DNA of 64,000 nucleotides. It comes from Octopus bimaculoides (taxonomy: Eukaryota). The DNA lies in NCBI RefSeq assembly GCF_001194135.2, contig NC_068995.1:50181572-50245571 (forward strand). Reading direction: 5' to 3'. The translations under genes were made by a program, and so were the position numbers. The notes under the pieces were generated by a model. The model did not search any database, was not told where the DNA came from, and worked only from the letters and a program-made list of their open reading frames with translations. This document shows positions 27,662 through 39,500 of the stretch, piece after piece (the first letter of the stretch is position 1; each line of letters opens with the position of its first letter).

Positions 27662-30575
27662 GTAAATATAATTTATATCACTTTGTCACTGTGTCAACTA
27701 GGTTATCAGATGTGGTTATACACCGCTAGTCACAATACACTTTCTCACATTATTATAGCTTTTGAATGATGTCACTCTGTGGCCAACATTATCTCTGAAA
27801 GGAAGGTCAGCGCATTTCAGGGTTACTTGCTTACAGCTTACTGGACTGGAGCTGTGTGAAATGAAGTGTTTGGCTTAAGAACACAATGCACTACTGGTCT
27901 GAGAATTGAAACCATGATCTTGTGATTGTGAATGCAACACCCTAGCCACCCTAGCAGTGTCATTCGTTTCCAGTCTTCTACAAAAACATGTCTGGTTGTA
28001 GGAAGATGTTGCCTTGCTTAGAAACAAGTGAGCGCTAGTGACAGGAAAGGCATCCAACTGTAGTAAATCTGCCTCAACGAATTCTGTCTAACCCATGCAA
28101 GTAAGGAAAAGTGAATATTAGAACAATGATGATGATGATGATATTGATGGTGATGACATAGGCTGTATATTATGCTGGAAGCATAATCATGAAAATATTA
28201 AAGTTTCAACTTATGTTGACTTTTATATGAAGCTGTGTGGAATGACAACATTCCTAATTGTGGTTAAGATTGCAGCATAACATGTTCAATACATTAACAC
28301 TTCTGCCTACCAAACCACTATAATAATGATGATAATGATACTGGTGGTGGTGATGGAATTTTCCTTTAAACTTTTAAGTATGGTTACTCCAGATGCAGCA
28401 CAGAATTTTGTCAGTGAACAGGTCGCGGTCTCAAAGCGACGAAAATATTTTGACAAATTAAATTTAAATGTTGAAGTGAATCTAACGGTTTTTGTGTGTT
28501 ATTTTAAATGGCTTATAAACACCTTCTACGCTGCAGATGTTAACTATCTTATAAAGAAAAAAAAAGAAAAAATAGAATCGGTATTTTCTGCAAGTCACAT
28601 TGCCTTAATAAACTTGACATATCTAAACAGAAAATAGCTTCAAACATGACTTTCCTCAACAAAAGAGAGACTGGTATATAAAATTGCTTTCTGTAGTTAA
28701 AGATTATCAAGTTCTAAGTGGATATATTTGATTTGTGCAGTAAAAGGGTTAATTTTTAGCCTAATCTTTTCTGGATTGTCACACATTTAATTTCAAACTG
28801 TTTTTTTTCCTTCATCAATTTATTCTTATATTTATTTTTTCCTTTCATCAACAACAGATGGAAAAAATCAAAGCCTGTTCCAGTAACATCACTGTCATCC
28901 CAACCAACTATTCTCAAAAGAAAACCTATAAATATCAGCAGATTAGATCTGAATCCACAAAACTTTGCTGGGCAGCAAAATCCTGTCTATACAGTGCCAA
29001 CTGTAATACAAACAGTTCCAAGCAGAAATCCAATTTCATATGAGAGGCAATCAAACAGGCCCCCTAACAAAGTTTGGCCACCTCTTGGTCAGTTTTTAAC
29101 GATGAATGATTCAGTTATGTGGTATCCAGTTGAGAATGCTACTGTTGTCCCTGGTAAGTAAGATAACGTAATTTTGATTGATTGGTTCAATCGTATTTCC
29201 TGTGATTACTCAGTCATTACATAGTTGAGATAAAATAGTTTCTTTGGTTCCTTAGTTTGGTTTAACCATTATGACTAAAGCTGTACTGAAATGTTGATGG
29301 AGCGGAGAATATTTGGGGTGTATTTTTGTTATTTGTAAGCTAGTTAGAAGGGGAGGGAGCAGGCAGTACTCATGGCTATTGCAGGACTTCCCGGCCTGGT
29401 GAGATTGATGCATTCAATGTTTGGCATCAACATTTTGTAGGTCAATGTTTGCAAGAAGAGCATGTGTGAAGAAGGAATTCCAAGTGATTGCCATCCTGGG
29501 GAAGGAAGAGAGAATTTGGCGAAGTGTTTGGTGAGGCTTCTTAAAAGTTAAAAGTTAGACACAATGGTGGAGAGAGGAACATAAATAGTTGAGTTGGGTG
29601 AGCTTGCATGGCAAGGGTGTGTGTGTGTGGTAAGGGTGAGCTTGTATGGCAATGGTATGCAGTTACCTAACTTACAAGTGTGATGATGGGACCACCATTG
29701 CCACATGTGTGAAGTAGATTGCAAAATACAGTAATATAAGACAGTCTCCATTGGTCAAAAGCTAATCATGTATCTGGACGTGTATACCCAAGTCTAGCAA
29801 GACTTTTATATGCTTTGAGTTCTACAGTTTTGAATTAATATATAAATGTGTGTGTGTGTGAGTGTATGTACATATGTGTGTGTGTGTATATATATATATT
29901 TCGAAACGTCTAGTTAGAATAGAGACAGCTAATGAAGGGATATTCCAAGTGGCTTTCCGTTTTCCATGTGTTCGTTCCGTTGTCTGTAGTTCATTGTTCT
30001 AACGTCCTGTGCCCTGATATGCATATATATACACATGTAGATGTATGTACATATGTGTGTATACATGTATATATACATGTATATATATTCTTTGTATATA
30101 TATATATGCACACACACATACACACATTCTAAAAGTGGTGTTAACAACCTGGTTAATTATAATTTGCTGTTTCTTTGTATTATGTTTATTTTTTATTTTA
30201 TTTTTTTTCCAGCCAGACAACAAGCTCAGTAAGTAATATCTTCATATATTTGTCTGTCATTTATTCTATAGCTTTTTTGTCTGCAACTGTTGTTAGAAGG
30301 TGTGTAGTATGTGATGAAATTTATTATCTATTTTTTTTTTCTCATTTTTGTTAATAAATTGGACAATGGAGTACAAATGTGTATTGATGGCCTTTCCTGT
30401 TCCTTAAAGACTAGTGAGATGGATATGGCCTGGGCATCTGTGGATAAATGTTTGCAAGATGGATGCAAGTAAGGAGGGATCTGGGGATCTACTAGTCAGG
30501 TTTTACTCACACAGTGTCAACATGAAGACATGTTGCAACACCCACACACACATACACACTCACGTCTGTGTGTGA

Positions 30576-30610
<35 letters not shown>

Positions 30611-31391
30611 NNNNNNNNNNTGGGCTAGATGGTTTAACCGGGCTGGCATGCTGGAAGGCTGCGCCAGGCTCCAGTCTAGTTTGGCATGGTTTTCTACAGC
30701 TGGATGCCCTTTCTAATGTCGACCACTCTGAGAGTGTAATAGACACTTTTACATTCCACCAGCATGGGTGCCAATTTGCGTGACACCAGTGCTAAAATTT
30801 GAAACCAATATTATATATCTTGTAAGTGGGGAGCTGGCAAAATGGCTAGTACGTTGGGTAAGTGGTATTTCGTCCAACTTTATGTTCTGAGTTTATATTC
30901 TGCCAAAGTAGACTTTGCCCTTCATCCTTTTCAGGATCAATAAATGAATACCAGCTGAATACTTAGGTTGATGTGAATGACTTATCCCCTCCCTTGGCAT
31001 TGCTGGCCTTGTGCCAAAATTTGAAATTAATGTTACATATTTTGACTTTCATTAAAACAATTACTAAACAGTTTTTTTCTTTTTTTCTTTTTAACTCTTT
31101 CAGGAACTCAGTGAGTACAATTTTATATTTTTCTCATAATTCATAACTTTATAAAATGTGTTACTATATAAAAATAGATTAAAACAAAAACAAACATTGA
31201 ATAATTCTTTTATTGGAGATAGCACTCACTAATATAACAACAAACCAACAAAGTAGATTGTTGATTTTAACATAATTTATTTCATATCTCTTTTTCAGAA
31301 AGAAAGACCTGAATATTTGAAGAGACAGAGAGACCCAGGCTTTGGATCAGTAGAAATTTTACCTGATTATGATGATGATGTATGTTATTGA
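27564..31391 (+). CDS. Uncharacterised single-pass (signal-anchor/type III) membrane protein; exons 27564-27661, 28858-29153, 30213-30228, 31104-31110, 31299-31391 (169 aa if the last exon is read through to TGA)
   Basis: An in-frame TAG lies upstream of the ATG. N-terminus is MTLGIVAALTAASTIAAINFVFVIAIIVWRCKR (hydrophobic segment, then a basic cluster). Five exons have strong AG/GT sites and compatible phases (2, 1, 2, 0), totalling 510 nt = 170 codons with no internal stop. No family recognised. Confidence 0.78.
28858..29153 (+). CDS. Membrane protein gene, exon 2 (296 nt, Pro/Ser/Thr-rich cytoplasmic region)
   Basis: tttcatcaacaacag|A TGG AAA...CCT G|gtaagt; 98 codons open in the phase set by exon 1 (WKKSKPVPVT..NPVYTVP..WYPVENATVVP). 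Confidence 0.8.
30213..30228 (+). CDS. 16-nt microexon (ARQQAQ)
   Basis: Long T tract ttttttttccag|CCAGACAACAAGCTCA|gtaagt; phase 1-2. Confidence 0.7.
31104..31110 (+). CDS. 7-nt microexon (QNS)
   Basis: tttttaactctttcag|GAACTCA|gtgagt; phase 2-0, which restores the frame for the next exon. Confidence 0.68.
31299..31391 (+). CDS. Membrane protein gene, exon 5 (KERPEYLKRQRDPGFGSVEILPDYDDD then VCY* or donor at 31379)
   Basis: atctctttttcag|AAAGAA...; internal donor GAT|gtatgt at 31379/31380, or stop TGA at 31389-31391. Confidence 0.72.
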   Translation, partial: KERPEYLKRQRDPGFGSVEILPDYDDDVCY

Positions 31392-32236
31392 TATGATATG
31401 AATTGGTGTTAGATTTTAAGGAATAGCAGAGAGGAACAACAAGATGGGGGTGGAATGAAGAGAAAGAAATTTTTAAGGAGTTCACATGAATAATGTGAGA
31501 AAAAGATGCATATATATATATGTGTGTGTGTGTGTGTCTGTATACATGTATGTATGTATGTCTGTCTGTATGTATCTCTCTCTCTCTCTTTATATAAATA
31601 CACACACACATGCATTTACACACATACACACGCATGCACATGAACACTCATGCACAAATGCACTCACGCACACACACGCATGCACACACACACGTGTGCG
31701 CATACGCACACATGCCAGGATTCTTTCAGTTTCAGTCTTTTGAACCCATTTACAAGGCTTTGGTTGATCCAAGGCTGTTGTAGAAGACACTTGGCCCATG
31801 TGCCATTCGGTGGGACTGAACCTGAAAGCATGAGGTCTGGAAAGCAAACCCTTTTAACTGCACAGCCATGCATGTGTGTGTGTGTGTATCATCATCATAA
31901 CATACATATAACATAAAGTAATATATATCTATAATATAACAAGGATACAGCAATGAGTTCTTAAAATTATTACTGCACCAGACAAAATGCTTAGCACCAT
32001 TTCTACTGACTCTTTATGTTTCTGAGTTCAAATGCTGCTGAGGTTAGCTTTGATTTTTGTCCTTTTGGGGGGTCGACTAAATAACAGTGTAATCGACACC
32101 GTCCACCTCCCAAAATCGTTGTCCTTGTGCTATAATTAGAAAGAATACACTTGTCTGGTTAAAGATAATTCTGCTATCACTTTTTATTTTTACAAGAATA
32201 TTTAAGGATATATATATATACACATATATATATATA

Positions 32237-33324
32237 TGAGGTGGTAACAAAAAGTTCCAGGAGTAGTTATGTTTAATAAAAAATAACTTATTCACTTGAG
32301 TTTTAACATCATCTCCTTCGAAATAGTCACCTTGTGACAGCAACACACTGGTTCCAGTGTTCCTGCCATTTTTGGAATCCAGTATCGAATCCAGAATTCT
32401 GGCCAAAATAGGATTAATGTAATGTAATATAAAGCTGAAGCAAATTAACACCAAATATACAGTGCATGTGTTTTTATTGGCTAAACTGGCAATATGACCA
32501 TCCCCAAGTACAACAACATCTGTTTCAACACACGATTTCACATCAAAAATCTTGCAAAACAAATATATAGTATGGAAGTTGTTTTCCGTAATTGAGTTGA
32601 GGACCTTCTGTGATTCACTCTAGATCTCGATAACAGTGTTAAAATGGCAACCTTTGAGCTGCATTTTCATCTTGAGGAAGAGATGGAAGTCTGCAGGTGC
32701 TAAATCTGGCAAATAGGATGGGTGCAGAAGCAATACCATGTTGTTTTTGGTGAGAAACTCATGAGTGAGGAGAGATTGGTGACATGGTGAATTATCGCCA
32801 TGAAGAATCCAGTTCTTCATGTTCCAGAGATCTGGTTGCTTTTGCTCCTTCAAACGCTTCAAAACATTGCAGTAGAACTCTTAATTGACGGTCTGGCCCT
32901 GGGGGGATGAATTCTCAATGAACAATACCATGGATGTTGAAAAAAATAATAAGCATGACCTTGATTGAGCTGCAGCACTGTCATGTGGTCATGCCACTGG
33001 AAGCATTGTGTACGACCCATTAACTCATCGGCATAAGCTTGCAGAAGCAACTTCAATGGCTCCGCAGTAGACTTCCCAAGTTTAATGCAAAATTTCACGT
33101 TGGCTCTTTGTTCCAACTTCCTGTCCATGACAAAAAATTGCAAACTATAGCATACATGTGATCACAAAAACACAAATTGCACAACTTGCGAAGTAAACAC
33201 AGTGATGTCACTTGGCACACTACACCATGAAGGTCACTGTTATCTCACACTGCATACACAACCATGTGCTGCCATCTGTTGGTGTGCTACAGAATTAGTT
33301 CGGGAACTTTTTGATACCCACTCC
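32237..33324 (-). mobile_element. Internally deleted mariner (DD34D) transposon
   Basis: TIRs TGAGGTGGTAACAAAAAGTTCC / GGGAACTTTTTGATACCCACTCC with TA flanks. N-terminal EQRANVKFCIKLGKS; C-terminal HGDNSPCH..34 aa..DLAPADFHLF. The region with the first catalytic D is missing. Confidence 0.88.
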
Positions 33325-33348
33325 TATGTAGTTTTATATGTAAATACA

Positions 33349-33426
<78 letters not shown>

Positions 33427-35009
33427 NNNNNNNNNNNNNNNNNNNNNNNNNNNNNNNNNNNNNNNNNNNNNNNNNNNNNNNNNNNNNNNNNNNNNNNNNN
33501 NNNNNNNNNNNNNNNNNNNNNNNNNNNNNNNNNNNNNNNNNNNNNNNNNNNNNNNNNNNNNNNNNNNNNNNNNNNNNNNNNNNNNNNNNNNNNNNNNNNN
33601 NNNNNNNNNNNNNNNNNNNNNNNNNNNNNNNNNNNNNNNNNNNNNNNNNNNNNNNNNNNNNNNNNNNNNNNNNNNNNNNNNNNNNNNNNNNNNNNNNNNN
33701 NNNNNNNNNNNNNNNNNNNNNNNNNNNNNNNNNNNNNNNNNNNNNNNNNNNNNNNNNNNNNNNNNNNNNNNNNNNNNNNNNNNNNNNNNNNNNNNNNNNN
33801 NNNNNNNNNNNNNNNNNNNNNNNNNNNNNNNNNNNNNNNNNNNNNNNNNNNNNNNNNNNNNNNNNNNNNNNNNNNNNNNNNNNNNNNNNNNNNNNNNNNN
33901 NNNNNNNNNNNNNNNNNNNNNNNNNNNNNNNNNNNNNNNNNNNNNNNNNNNNNNNNNNNNNNNNNNNNNNNNNNNNNNNNNNNNNNNNNNNNNNNNNNNN
34001 NNNNNNNNNNNNNNNNNNNNNNNNNNNNNNNNNNNNNNNNNNNNNNNNNNNNNNNNNNNNNNNNNNNNNNNNNNNNNNNNNNTATATACACACACACATA
34101 TAAACGCACACACACACATACACATATAAACACACACACATATATATATAGTTAAAAAAAGACAAAAAACAATAACAAAAAACAACAACGTGAGGACGTG
34201 ATACGGATAGTCTTATTAGACGCTCGGGAAAGGAAAGAGAGAGAACACACATATATATATATACATGTGTGTGTGTATATTCTTTTATTCTTTTATTTGT
34301 TTCCGTTATTTGGCTGTGGCCATGCTGGAGCACTGCCTTTAGTCGAACAAATTGACCCTAGGACTTATTCTTTGTAAGCTCAGTACTTATTCTATATATA
34401 CATATATATACCCAACTCCTTATTTTCCCAGCAGTTCTTCAATATATTTTATCATAAGTTGACTCTTCATATATCTTGTAATTTTGTAGTGCACCTGAGC
34501 ACTATATGCAAGAAGTTCATTGTATATGACTAAAGAAAGTTCCTTCTACACACCTTCTTTATATCACTTTCTAATTTTGCCAAATAATATAAAAATAATA
34601 ATATACAGTATTTATTCCTGAAAATAATGTATATCATATTTGTGTTACACCTACAAAATATTTACATGTAAAAGTAACAAAACATAAAATATAAAACATG
34701 GATATTGTCAAATGGTTTGTAGATTTATTGGATACAATTTTAAAAACAATCAAATAGAGAATGCACTCACACACATACAAGTAAAGATTACATATGATCA
34801 TATATATATATATATATATATCGTCATCATCATCATCATCATCATCATTTAACGTCCATTGTCGATGCTGGTATGGGTTGGATGGTTTGACTGGGCTGGC
34901 ACACTGGAAGGCTGTGCCAGGTTCCAGTGTGATTTGGCATGGTTTTCTACAGCTGGATGCCCTTCCTAACACCAACCACTTTGAGAGCGTAATGTGTGCT
35001 TATACTTGT

Positions 35010-35520
35010 CTCCTAGCTTCCCTTCTGGTTATCTGATACAGTTCCATGCTACCCCAACTCTTTTGGGCCTTCCAGGCCTNNNNNNNNNNGATTTGGCATG
35101 GTTTTCTACAGCTGGATGTCCTTCCTAACACCAACCACTTTGAGAGCGTAATGTGTGCTTATACCTGTCTCCTAGCTTCCCTTCTGGCTATCTGATACAG
35201 TTCCATGCTACCCCAACTCTTTTGGGCCTTCCAGGCCTGTTTCCTCGCTCTAACAGCCCTGTCTACGGTATTGTTCCACCACCACATTATCCTAGGTCTG
35301 GAAGGGACTTTGCACCAGCCACAGATTTGGTCTGTGGCACTCAGCAAGCTATCCCACAGGAATTCCCAGTTGCCCACTATGTCACAAGTTTGTAGCTGCT
35401 CCTCTCTCTCATCAAATTTCTCAATTAGGATGTCCCTAAATCTCTGACCATATGAAAGGTCCTTAAGCTTTCAAATCCTTTTCCATATTGGTCTGCTTCT
35501 TGACATTGTTCTGGCCTGGA
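35010..35520 (-). mobile_element. RTE-type LINE fragment (endonuclease-RT linker)
   Basis: WEFLWDSLLSATDQICGWCK..WWWNNTVDRAVRARKQAWKA..YQIARREARRQV; appears to be the same family as 37590-38330. Confidence 0.7.
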
Positions 35521-35731
35521 GACTAAAGTTGCTAATATATACTCTGCTGAGTGGTTGGGGTTAGGAAGGGCATCCAGCTGTAAAAATCCTGCCAAAACTG
35601 CCACAGAAATCTGGTGCAGGCTTTGGCCTGGCCAGCTCTTGTGAAACCATCCCACTCATGCTAGCATGGAAGGCAGACTTTAAATGATGATGATGCTAAT
35701 GGTATAAGAAAAAGAATTCATATTGTTACAG

Positions 35732-36593
35732 AATTATTCTGGTGTTGTCTACAGAAAGTAATTTTATTGGTAAAAATGTGAAGAACATTAGAGCACATTT
35801 CCTTGGCAAATTTCAGATTATCGTTTTTCAGCCTTCAACCATATTCCATTCTCTGCAAAAAGAAATATTTGCCCTCCTATCTTAAGAGGAACCTAGAAAG
35901 AGAATTACCAGGAAATAAAGTCAGTAAGCATTGAGATATTTCAATTGCTGATGAATGATGAAGTGTAACAATCAATATCATGCGACTAATTAATGATACC
36001 TTTTAAAAAATTTCAGATTCAGTCAAAAGGTAAAATCTTCTAATTTTTATAACAGTTACAAAAACTCATTTATAAGTGAAGAATTCTTACCTTGTCCAAT
36101 GAAAATTTAGATTTCAAATAGTCAAAGTCATCACACAACACTTAAAATTCACTTTACTTCAGAAGATGCATTAACACTTCAAATGTCGATTTCCTATATC
36201 CCCAGGTGAGTTCCAAATTCATTTCTAACTATACTAGTGGGGCTGAGGGTACAGTAATAAACTATGCATTCAGCCAGCCAACATGCAATCCAGTTTCAAT
36301 TCCCAGTTGTATCGTCTAGACTTACCTCATTAATTGCATTGGAAAAAAATGTTATGATTCTGCTGAAAGGAACGAAGATCACGTCTTTCCTAAGATTATC
36401 TGAGGTGTCCAGAATTCCCAGTGGAATAATGTGTTACATTTTATTTCGTTTGTGATTTTGCATTAAGGTAACAGTAATAAATGTTTCATGAAAGAGATTC
36501 TATTAAATAGGAGATTATTAAAAACAATAATATTCTTCTACATATTTATCTCAGCTGAAGTTTAAAATAAATAAACTTAAAATGCAGATGTAG
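35732..36593 (+). CDS. Possible 3' extension of the membrane protein gene: 35732-35757, 35832-35923, 36017-36029, 36163-36205, 36555-36593
   Basis: A chain of AG/GT-bounded segments whose phases fit (0-2-1-2-0) and stay open from the 31379 donor, giving 236 aa in total. It overlaps the P450 last exon in antisense, and some splice sites are weak. Confidence 0.3.
35818..35892 (-). CDS. P450 exon 14 (VPLKIGGQIFLFAENGIWLKAEKR*)
   Basis: ctctttctag|GTT...CGA TAA; typical clan-3 C-terminus. Confidence 0.88.
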   Translation of the reverse strand, partial: VPLKIGGQIFLFAENGIWLKAEKR

Positions 36594-39500
36594 ACTTCCA
36601 ACAATTAACAAATGTAATTTGAAGTTGAATGGTTTGTAGTAAGAAAGACGTCCAGATTTCTTACAAAATTAGTGTGCAAAATATTCTGAGAAAAAGTATT
36701 TTTTTCACTACAACATCACACACACATACACACATATATACACACAGGTGTATCTGTAGTAACCTGAGCTACTACAGATAGCAGCCAAACCTCTCTTAAA
36801 ACACAGCCTTTCGTCAAAAGAAAGACACAGATTTACAGTATTTCAAGAAGAAGAAAAAAAGCAAAACTATGCAATGACTCTACTACATCAGAGGCAAATC
36901 TGGGCTAAACAAAACACAAATATACTTCACATTAGATTATCTACTAAATAATACTAATAAAGTTGACGGTATATCTTCAAAGTTTCATTCCCTCATAAAA
37001 CTCCATGTATTCTAAACATTTTCTCATTATGTTCTATGTAAGACGTAAAGATAAGGGAAGCAGAGTTGCAGAAAACATACTTTATTCGGTTGCTGAAAGA
37101 TTATGGAAACATTTTGATACCTCACACGTCAAAATCGACAACCAGGTTTTCAAATCCATAAGGAACATATGTGCGCACACACACATACACACACGCACAA
37201 ACTCTGTTTTATATATTAAGATTTCATATTCATATTATCTTACCTCGGTTTCCGGAGATTTCACAAATTTATATTTTCTGATTATGGTAGAGATAGCTAG
37301 CTTAAATTCTATTCTTGCCATTTTTTGGCCTATACACATTCTTGGTCCAAAGCCGAATGGTAAGAAGGTATAAGGATTCAATTTGTCTTTTGCTTCAGGT
37401 GCAAATCTGAAGATTAGAGTACCATTATTAGAAAATACCAAACGATTCGTAAATCATGACAGTTTTATGATACACTAAAAAGTAATATAAAATACATACA
37501 ATTTTAGAACAAGAATTTACCTTGTAAGGTGCATAATATATCGTTATTCATCTATATGTGTTTTGTATTGTAGCAAAGAACTACACCAGGTAGCTATGAG
37601 GGAAGATAGAAGACAGGTATGCTTGATCAAGGGAGAAGCAGAAAGGAGGAAGTTTGTTTATGTCTAGCGATGTGAAGACCAGAGGCTTGAAGTATTAGGG
37701 ATTGCAAAGCAGTCTCAGAGAAAACCGTGATGTGGTAGGAGAGCAATGTGTTTGCATAGATGATGGCTCACTTGTAGTTAGTGAGGCTGCAAAGAAGGAG
37801 GCTTGGAAGTGCTACTATGAAAGGTTGCTAAGTGTAGAAAATGCATGGGAGAAAGACAGCCTGCTTAATGTGAACCTAACAGAGGAACCAGCTATCTGGT
37901 TGACAGTAGCTTAGTAGATAAAGCAATTAAGGATATAGAGACAGGAAAAGCCTTCATCCCATCAGGAATCACTGCTGAGATGCTTAAAATATCTGACAGA
38001 GTGAGATATGACCTGGTCATCAATATAGTTAATCAGGTTGTCCAAGTGGGAGTCATGCCCAATGATCAGTGTAGCAATATTATAGTCAACTGCTACAAAG
38101 ACAAGGGTGATGCCCTAGACAGAAATAATTACAGAGGCATCAAATTTCTGGCCCAGGTGATGAAAGTTGACGAAAGGGACGTAGCTCAATTAATTAGGAA
38201 AAGAGTTAGCAGAGATGAGATGCGTGTGTGTGTGAGGTATTGGTATCCAGAAGACCCAAGATGGCAGATAAGGCTATGTATGTGCTACAGGAGGGCCATA
38301 GTTAGACTCTCAGTTCGATAATAATATCAATGAAGAGTCTAATGCGGGTCTAGTGTGAGCATGTATATGTTAAATAAAATGAGACAACAAAATGTTTTAA
38401 ATGTTTAATAATAAATATATATACATATATATTGGGTTAGATTGATGGTCAGTCTGCACGGATAGAAGAATTGGGAAGGTATGATGCTGGATGTCAGGAT
38501 CAGTAAAATTAAGAAGTTGACCATCAGATATCAGTGGATGTACAACATTTGTATTTTTATAGTGTAAAGTTACTATTCCCAGTCATAGTATCTGCAGGGT
38601 TGGGGTTGCAGAGTACAATAGCTTAACGATATGGTTATTAGATACTTGGTAAATATGTGCGTTTACATGCATGCACATGCACACATGTGTGTGGGGGCAT
38701 GCATGCATGTAGAATGCTTCTATATAGATTTTTTAAATATATATATATATTTTAAATATATTTATTTTTAAATATATCAATATTGGATTTCTTTGTTTTC
38801 TTATATCAAAATTTTAATAATTTACCTACCTTTCTGGAATAAACTTATCTGGTTCCGGCCAATATTCAGGGTCGTGCTGAAGGCTATAAATAGATATGTC
38901 TACAGGAATGTTCTTCGGAATTATCCAGTCCTTTATCTTAACAGTTTCCTTGGCATACCTCTGAAGCCTTTATAAATAAACAAAAGTGAAAATTCTTAAT
39001 AAATTGTAATATTAATTAAGAATACCTAAGAATAATTCTATAAAATATACAGATATATATTAAAGTGTCTAGCAGACACAATCATTAGCAAAACAGGGAA
39101 AATGTTTTGTGTTGGGCAAAATGCTACATTCTTAGTTCAAATTCCTCCAGTCTAACATATGATGTCATAATTTGTTGTAATGAAAAGTTATAAAATTTGG
39201 TACTAATATATATCTCTTATGGAACATATTTTTAAAAACAAGTGTAGAATATTGATATGAATAGGGAGCTATAGAATGGGAGATATGCCATTGGTACTAT
39301 TATGCATGTCTTATGGTACTATTATATGTTTCTTATGAAGCACATTTTTGGTACTATTATATATTTCTTGCGGAACACATTTTTCAAAACAATAAGGGAA
39401 GAATATTGATACAAATAGGGAGTTATGGAATTGGAGATGTGCCATTGGTTATCGTAACTTTCCTTTATAATTTTCACTGCCAAATTGTTCATTCACTTTT

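Noticed and set aside
34931-35238. ~150-bp tandem duplication around a 10-N gap (also 54912-54973)
   Set aside because: Identical sequence on both sides of a minimal gap is typical of unmerged contig overlaps and is treated as an assembly artefact.
36091-36145. Minus-strand exon-like segment (LCDDFDYLKSKFSLDK|gtaag) in the last P450 intron
   Set aside because: Weak acceptor and not needed for the P450 frame. It illustrates the background rate of pseudo-exons.
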